Assembly (NCBI RefSeq): GCF_009914755.1
Contig: NC_060945.1
Source of the DNA: the human T2T-CHM13v2.0 reference genome, Homo sapiens
Strand: one strand, 5' to 3'
DNA length: 64,000 nt
Part shown: in pieces, positions 56,101 to 64,000 of the stretch
Layout of the letters: every line of letters starts with the position of its first letter
Numbering within the stretch: position 1 is the first letter of the stretch
The notes under the pieces: model-generated
What the model was told of the DNA's origin: nothing
What the model saw: only the letters and a program-made list of their open reading frames with translations
Database searches by the model: none
Made by a program: the position numbers and the translations under genes

Positions 56101-59100
56101 GGGGATTGTGACCTACCTCTGCACTGATCACCCAGGTGATATAACTCTTCTCTAGGATCTGCCTACAGGGTGCTTTGTGACATATCCCTGCACTGATCAC
56201 CCAGGTGATCTAACACCGGTCTAAGCTCTGCCTAAAGGGGCATTGTGACAGATCTCTGCACTGATCACTCAGGTGACGTAACTATTGTCTAGGCTCTGCT
56301 TAAAGGGGCCTTGTCACATATCTCTGCACTGATCACCCAGGTGATGTAACTATTGTCTAGGCTCTGCTTCCAGGGCATATTGTGACATATCTATGCACTG
56401 ATCACCTTAGTGATGTAACACTTGTGTAGGCTCGGCCTACAGGGGAATCTTGACATATCTCTGCACTCTTAAACGAGGTGATTTAACTCTTGTCCAGGCT
56501 GTGCCCACAGTGGGATTGAGACATATCTCTGCACTGATCCCGAGGTGATCCAACTCTTGCCTGGTCTCTGCCTACTGGGGACATTGTGACATATCTCTGC
56601 ACTGATCTCCCAGGTGCTGTAAATTTAGTCTACGCTCTGGCTACACGGCATTGTGACATATCACTGCACTGATCACCCAGGCGATACAACTCTTGTCTAG
56701 GCTCTGCCTACAATGAACTTGTGACATATCTCTGCACTGATCACCCATGTGATATAACTTTTCTCTAGGATCTGACCACACGGTGCTTTGTGACATATCC
56801 CTGCAATGATCACCCAGGTGATATACCACTTGCCAAGGCTCTGCCTACAGGGGCATTGCAATGTATCTCTGCACTGATCACCTAGGTCTTGTAGCTAATT
56901 TCTAGGATCTGCCTACAGGGTGCTATGTGACGTGTCCCAGCAAGGATTACCCAGGTGATGTACCTCTCATCAAGGCTCTGCCTAAAGGCACATTGCGATA
57001 TATCTCTGCACTGATCACCTAGGTCATGTAACTTTTGTCTAGGATCTACCTAAGATGGCATTGTGACATATCTCTGCACTAATCATCCAAGTGATGTAAC
57101 ACTTGTCTAGGATGTGCCTAAATTAACTTTTTGACATAACCCTGTACTGATCATCCAGGTGATGGGGCTTTTGTCTAGGCTCTGCCTAAGGGGGCATTGT
57201 GACATATATCTGCATTGATCACCCAGGTGGCGAACTCTTCTCTCGGATCTGCCTATGGGGGCATTGTGAGAAATCTCTGCACTGATCACCCAGGTGATGT
57301 AATTGTTGTGTAACCTCTGCCTACACGGGAATTGTGAAAGATCTCGCCACTGATTACCCAAGTGATGTAACCATTGTCTAGGCTTTGCCTACAGGGGGCT
57401 TTGTGACATAACTTTGCACTGATCACCCAGGTGATGTAACACATCTAAGTTCGGGCTAAAGGAGCTTTGTGACACATCTCTGCACTGATCACTTAGGTGA
57501 TGTAACACTTTTATAATCACTGCCTACAGGGAATTTGACGAATCTCTGCACTGATCACCTAGGTGATGTAACTCTTGTCTACCCTCTGTCCAACGGGGCA
57601 TTGTGAAATATCTCTGCACTGAACACCCACGTGATTCAAATCTTGACTAGAAACTGCCTACAGAGGTTATTGTGAAATATCTCTGCACTGATAAACTAGG
57701 TTGTGTAACCCTTCTCCAAGCTGTGCCTACAGTGGCGTTTCCACATATCCCTGAACTGATGACAAAGGTGATGTAACTCTTGCCTAGGCTTTGCCTACAG
57801 GGGACATTGGACATATATCTACACTGATCACCCAGGTGATGCAACTCTTGCCTAGGCTTTGTCTACAGGGGACATTGTGACATATCTCTTCAATGATCAC
57901 TCATGTGATGCATCTCTTGCCTAGGCTTTGCCAACAGGGGACATTGACATATCTCTGCACTGATCTCCCAGGTGCTGTAACTTTAGTCTAGGCTCTGGCT
58001 ACACGGCATTGTGACATATCACTGCACTGATCAACCAGGTGATATAACTCTTGTATAGGCTCTGCCTACATGGGGATTGTGACATACATCTGCACTGATC
58101 ACCCAGGTGATATAACTCTTCTCTAGGATCTGCCTACAGGGTGCTTTGTGACATATCGCTGCACTGATCACCCAGGTGACCTAACTCTGGTCTAAGCTCT
58201 GCCTAAAGGGGCATTGTGACAGATCTCTGCACTGATCACTCAGGTGATGTAACTGTTGTCTAGTCTCTGTTTAAAGGGGCCTTGTCACATATCCCTGCAC
58301 TGATTACCCAGGTGATGTAACTCTTGTCTAGGCTCTGCTTCCAGGGCATATTGTGACATAACTATGCACTGATCACCTTATTGATGTAACACTTGTGTAG
58401 GCTCGGCCTACAGGGGAATCTTGACATATCTCTGCACTGTTAACCGAGGTGATTTAACTCTTGTCTAGGCTGTGCCCACAGGGGGATTGAGACATATCTC
58501 TGCACTGATCCCGAGGTGATCCAACTCTTGCCTGGTCTCTGCCTACTGGGGACATCGTGACATATCTCTGCACTGATCTCCCAGGTGCTGTAAATTTTGT
58601 CTAGGCTCTGGCTACACGGTATTGTGACATATCACTGCACTGATCACCCAGGCGTTACAACTCTTGTCTAGGCTCTGCCTACAATGGTCTTGTGACATAT
58701 CTCTGCACTGATCACCCAGGTGATGTAACTCTTCTCTAGGATCTGACCACGGGGTGCTTTGTGACATATCCCTGCAATGATCACCCAGGTGATATACCAC
58801 TTGCCAAGGCTCTGCCTACAGGGGCATTGCAATGTATCTCTGCACTGATCACCTAGGTCTTGTAGCTATTTTCTAGGATCTGCCTACAGGGTGCTTTGTG
58901 ACGGGTCCCAGCAAGGATTACCCAGGTGATGTACCTCTCATCAAGGCTCTGCCTACAGGCACATTGCGATATATCTCTGCACTGATCACCTAGGTCATGT
59001 AACTTTTTTCTAGGCTCTACCTACGATGGTATTGTGACATATCTCTGCACTAATCATCCAAGTGATGTAACACTTGTCTAGGATGTGCCTAAATTAACTT

Positions 59101-62100
59101 TTTGACATAACCCTGTACTGATCATCCAGGTGATGGGGCTTTTGTCTAGGCTCTGCCTAAGGGGGCATTGTGACATATTTGTGCATTGATCACCCAGGTG
59201 GCGAACTCTTCTCTCGGATCTGCCTATGGGGGCATTGTGAGAAATCTCTGCACTGATCACCCAGGTGATGTAACTGTTGTGTAACCTCTGCCTACAGGGG
59301 AATGGTGAGAGATCTCGCCACTGATTACCCAAGTGATGTAACCATTGTCTAGGCTTTGCGTACAGGGGGCTTTGTGACATACCTTTGCACTGATCACCCA
59401 GGTGATGTAACACATCTAAGTTCGGCCTAAAGGAGCTTTGTGACACATCTCTGCACTGATCACTTAGGTGATGTAACACTTTTATAATCACTGCCTACAG
59501 GGAATTTTGACAAATCTCTGCACTGATCACCTAGGTGATGTAACTCTTGTCTACCCTCTGTCCAACGGGGCATTGTGAAATATCTCAGGACTGAACACCC
59601 AGGTGATTCAACTCTTGACTAGGAACTGCCTACAGAGGTTATTGTGAAATATCTCTGCACTGATAAACTAGGTGGTGTAACCCTTGTCCAAGCTCTGCCT
59701 ACAGGGGCGTTTCCACATATCCCTGAACTGATGACAAAGTGATGTAACTCTTGCCTAGGCTTTGCCTACAGGGGCATTGGACATATATCTGCACTGATCA
59801 CCCAGGTGATGCAACTCTTGCCTAGGCTTTGCCTACAGGGGACACTGTGACATATCTCTTCAATGATCACTCATGTGATGCATCTCTTGCCTAGGCTTTG
59901 CCAACAGGGGACATTGTGACATATCTCTGCACTGATCTCCCTGGTACTGTAACTTTAGTCTAGGCTCTGGCTACACAGCATTGTGACATATCACTGCACT
60001 GATCAACCAGGTGATATAACTCTTGTATAGGCTCTGCCTACAGGGGGATTGTGACCTACCTCTGCACTGATCACCCAGGTGATATAACTCTTCTCTAGGA
60101 TCTGCCTACAGGGTGCTTTGTGACATATCCCTGCACTGATCACCCAGGTGACCTAACTCTGTTCTAAGCTCTGCCTAAAGGGGCATTGTGACAGATCTCT
60201 GCACTGATCACTCAGGTGATGTAACTATTGTCTAGGCTCTGCTTAAAGGGGCCTTGTCACATATCCCTGCACTGATCACCCAGGTGATGTAACTCTTGTC
60301 TAGGCTCTGCTTCCAGGGCATATTGTGACATAACTATGCACTGATCACCTTAGTGATGTAACACTTGTGTAGGCTCGGCCTACAGAGGAATCTTGACATA
60401 TCTCTGCACTGTTAAACGAGGTGATTTAACTCTTGTCTAGGCTGTGCCCACAGGGGGATTGAGACATATCTCTGCACTGATCCCGAGGTGATCCAACTCT
60501 TGCCTGGTCTCTGCCTACTGGGGACATTGTGACATATCTCTGCACTGATCTCCCAGGTGCTGTAAATTTTGTCTAGGCTCTGGCTACACGGCATTGTGAC
60601 TTATCACTGCACTGATCACCCAGGCGATACAACTCTTGTCTAGGCTCTGCCTACAATGGTCTTGTGACATATCTCTGCACTGATCACCCAGGTGATATAA
60701 CTCTTCTCTAGGATCTGACCACGGGGTGCTTTGTGACATATCCCTGCAATGATCACCCAGGTGATATACCACTTGCCAAGGCTCTGCTTACAGGGGCATT
60801 GCAATGTATCTCTGCACTGATCACCTAGGTCTTGTAGCTATTTTCTAGGATCTGCCTACAGGGTGCTTTGTGACGGGTCCCAGCAAGGATTACCCAGGTG
60901 ATGTACCTCTCATCAAGGCTCTGCCTACAGGCACATTGCGATATATCTCTGCACTGATCACCTAGGACATGTAACTTTTGTCTAGGCTCTACGTACGATG
61001 GTATTGTGACATATCTCTGCACTAATCATCCAAGTGATGTAACACTTGTCTAGGATGTGCCTAAATTAACTTTTTGACATAACCCTGTACTGATCATCCA
61101 GGTGATGGGGCTTTTGTCTAGGCTCTGCCTAAGGGGGCATTGTGACATATTTCTGCATTGATCACCCAGGTGGCGAACTCTTCTCTCGGATCTGCCTATG
61201 GGGGCATTGTGAGAAATCTCTGCACTGATCACCCAGGTGATGTAACTGTTGTGTAACATCTGCCTACAGGGGAATTGTGAGAGATCTCCCCACTGATTAC
61301 CCAAGTGATGTAACCATTGTCTAGGCTTTGCGTACAGGGGGCTTTGTGACATACCTTTGCACTGATCACCCAGGTGATGTAACACATCTAAGTTCGGCCT
61401 AAAGGAGCTTTGTGACACATCTCTGCACTGATCACTTAGGTGATGTAACACTTTTATAATCACTGCCTACAGGGAATTTTGACAAATCTCTGCACTGATC
61501 ACCTAGGTGATGTAACTCTTGTCTACCCTCTGTCCAACGGGGCATTGTGAAATATCTCAGCACTGAACACCCAGGTGATTCAACTCTTGACTAGGAACTG
61601 CCTACAGAGGTTATTGTGAAATATCTCTGCACTGATAAACTAGGTGGTGTAACCCTTGTCCAAGCTATGCCTACAGGGGCGTTTCCACATATCCCTGAAC
61701 TGATGACAAAGGTGATGCAACTCTTGCCTATGCTTTGCCTACAGGGACATTGGACATATATCTGCACTGATCACCCAGGTCATGCAACTCCTGCCTAGGC
61801 TTTGCCTACAGGGGACACTGTGACATATCTCTTCAATGATCTCTCATGTGATGCATCTCTTGCCTAGGCTTTGCCAACAGGGGACATTGTGACATATCTC
61901 TGCACTGATCTCCCTGGTACTGTAACTTTAGTCTAGGCTCTGGCTAAACGGCATTGTGACATATCAATGCACTGATCAACCAGGTGATATAACTCTTGTA
62001 TAGGCTCTGCCTACAGGGGGCTTGTGACCTACCTCTGCACTGATCACCCAGGTGATATAACTCTTCTCTAGGATCTGCCTACAGGGTGCTTTGTGACATA

Positions 62101-63456
62101 TCCCTGCACTGATCACCCAGGTGACCTAACTCTGGTCTAAGCTCTGCCTAAAGGGGCATTGTGACAGATCTCTGCACTGATCACTCAGGTGATGTAACTA
62201 TTGTCTAGGCTCTGATTAAAGGGGCCTTGTCACATATCCCTGCACTGATCACACAGGTGATGTAACTCTTGTGTAGACTCTGCTTCCTGGGCATATTGTG
62301 ACACAACTATGCACTGATCACCTTAGTGATGTAACACTTGTGTAGGCTCGGCCTACAGAGGAATCTTGACATATCTCTGCACTGTTAAACGAGGTGATTT
62401 AACTCTTGTCTAGGCTGTGCCCACAGGGGGATTGAGACATATCTCTGCACTGATCCCGAGTTGATCCAACTCTTGCCTGGTCTCTGCCTACTGGGGACAT
62501 TGTGACATATCTCTGCACTGATCTCCCAGGTGCTGTAAATTTTGTCTAGGCTCTGGCTACACGGCATTGTGACTTATCACTGCACTGATCACCCAGGCGA
62601 TACAACTCTTGTCTAGGCTCTGCCTACAATGGTCTTGTGACATATCTCTGCACTGATCACCCAGGTGATATAACTCTTCTCTAGGATCTGACCACGGGGT
62701 GCTTTGTGACATATCCCTGCAATGATCACCCAGGTGATATACCACTTGCCAAGGCTCTGCTTACAGCGGCATTGCAATGTATCTCTGTACTGATCACCTA
62801 GGTCTTCTAGCTATTTTCTAGGATCTGCCTACAGGGTGCTTTGTGACGGGTCCCAGCAAGGATTACCCAGGTGATGTACCTCTCATCAAGGCTCTGCCTA
62901 CAGGCACATTGCGATATATCTCTGCACTGATCACCTAGGTCACGTAACTTTTGTCTAGGCTCTACCTACGATGGTATTGTGACATATCTCTGCACTAATC
63001 ATCCAAGTGATGTAACACTTGTCTAGGATGTGCCTAAATTAACTTTTTGACATAACCCTGTACTGATCATCCAGGTGATGGGGCTTTTGTCTAGGCTCTG
63101 CCTAAGGGGGCATTGTGACATATTTCTGCATTGATCAGCCAGGTGGCGAACCCTTCTCTCGGATCTGCCTATGGGGGCATTGTGAGAAATCTCTGCACTG
63201 ATCACCCAGGTGATGTAACTGTTGTGTAACCTCTGCCTACAGGGGAATTGTGAGAGATCTCCCCACTGATTACCCAAGTGATGTAACCATTGTCTAGGCT
63301 TTGCGTACAGGGGGCTTTGTGACATACCTTTGCACTGATCACCCAGGTGATGTAACACATCTAAGTTCGGCCTAAAGGAGCTTTGTGACACATCTCTGCA
63401 CTGATCACTTAGGTGATGTAACTCTTGTCTACCCTCTGTCCAACGGGGCATTGTGA
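47127..63456. repeat. Tandem duplication with 8,159-bp period (120 monomers, out of HOR register)
   Basis: Markers 47515/55674, 48482/56641, 49488/57647, 50919/59078, 52891/61050 and 54864/63023 are all +8,159. The junction is at ~55286-55297. Confidence 0.92.
53432..55673. repeat. 33-mer HOR variant (67-bp deletion plus 336-bp five-monomer re-entry at the duplication junction)
   Basis: Unit length is 2,242 bp. The ttttataatcac monomer is missing at ~55262, and at ~55290 the sequence jumps back to the gagaaatc monomer. Confidence 0.88.
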
Positions 63457-63496
63457 AATATCTCAGGACTGAACACCCAGGTGATTCAACTCTTGA
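61591..63496. repeat. 28-mer HOR variant, third type (67-bp deletion at ~63421)
   Basis: Unit length is 1,906 bp. Reads gatcacttaggtgatgtaac|tcttgtctaccctc, lacking acttttataatcac...cctaggtgatgtaac. Confidence 0.88.
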
Positions 63497-64000
63497 CTAG
63501 GAACTGCCTACAGAGGTTATTGTGAAATATCTCTGCACTGATAAACTAGGTGGTGTAACCCTTGTCCAAGCTCTGCCTACAGGGGCGTTTCCACATATCC
63601 CTGAACTGATGACAAAGTGATGTAACTCTTGCCTAGGCTTTGCCTACAGGGGCATTGGACATATATCTGCACTGATCACCCAGGTGATGCAACTCTTGCC
63701 TAGGCTTTTCCTACAGGGGACACTGTGACATATCTCTTCAATGATCACTCATGTGATGCATCTCTTGCCTAGGCTTTGCCAACAGGGGACATTGTGACAT
63801 ATCTCTGCACTGATCTCCCTGGTACAGTAACTTTAGTCTAGGCTCTGGCTACACGGCATTGTGACATATCACTGCACTGATCAACCAGGTGATATAACTC
63901 TTGTATAGGCTCTGCCTACAGGGGGCTTGTGACCTACCTCTGCACTGATCACCCAGGTGATATAACTCTTCTCTAGGATCTGCCTACAGGGTGCTTTGTG

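Larger units (their letters stand above)
1..64000. repeat. Beta satellite (BSR/Beta, Sau3A 68-bp) tandem array, ~940 monomers, single orientation
   Basis: A ~68-bp monomer recurs without interruption, consensus ~ttgtgacatatctctgcactgatcacccaggtgatgtaactcttgtctaggctctgcctacaggggca. The GATC (Sau3A) site and the consensus are recognised as primate beta satellite. No inversion or unique sequence was seen. Confidence 0.97.
44250..64000. repeat. HOR sub-family 2 block (~10 HOR copies)
   Basis: Alternative diagnostic variants: cccttgtccaagct, ataatcactgcc, ctctcggatc, cttccagggcatatt, ggatgtgcctaaattaactttttgac, gactaggaactgcc, ccaggcgatacaac, gtataggctc. Confidence 0.9.

Noticed and set aside
293-63451. 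Recurrent minus-strand ORFs of 60-148 aa with HHLGDQC/ITWVISAEICH motifs (superficially His/Cys metal-binding repeats)
   Set aside because: They are translations of the 68-bp monomer, with frames cycling because 68 is not a multiple of 3. They are freely broken by indels and stops between copies (e.g. 9500-9897, 43098-43442), and no gene context is visible.
1-64000. CRISPR-like look: palindromic conserved core (ctgcactgatcacccaggtgat) at a ~68-bp period with variable intervening sequence
   Set aside because: The apparent spacers are homologous to each other and repeat every 29 units, the core is degenerate, and there is no leader or cas gene. The sequence is a known primate satellite.
1-64000. 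Embedded Alu/L1/LSAU/D4Z4-DUX4 or rDNA fragments, often associated with beta satellite; also inversions
   Set aside because: Every HOR length is accounted for by whole-monomer gains or losses and 1-2-bp indels. No foreign, CpG-rich or poly(A) segment and no strand switch was seen.
1-64000. Alpha satellite or CENP-B boxes
   Set aside because: The period is 68 bp rather than 171 bp, and no TTCG....A..CGGG box was noticed.

Overview
The whole 64 kb window is one uninterrupted head-to-tail array of primate (most likely human) beta satellite (BSR/Beta, the Sau3A family with a ~68-bp monomer). It holds about 940 monomers, organised as ~32 copies of a 29-monomer higher-order repeat (HOR) of ~1,974 bp. 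This matches the ~2.0-kb beta-satellite HOR described for acrocentric short arms; that assignment is from memory and not database-checked. I found no genes, RNA genes, transposons or CRISPR arrays, and all listed ORFs are artefacts of the repeat. The interest lies in the layered architecture: (1) dyad-rich 68-bp monomers; (2) a 29-mer HOR containing fossil 9-monomer and 2-monomer internal duplications; (3) structural HOR variants (three independent 28-mers, a 31-mer and a 33-mer); (4) a recurring A-B-C-D four-HOR super-repeat of ~7.8 kb; (5) recent near-identical tandem duplications of 9,933, 3,947 and 8,159 bp whose relative order can be partly read from SNPs; (6) a mosaic junction at ~43.9-44.3 kb between two HOR sub-families. 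I see no evidence of a novel protein-coding system. All variant calls were made by eye and from ORF-track spacing.
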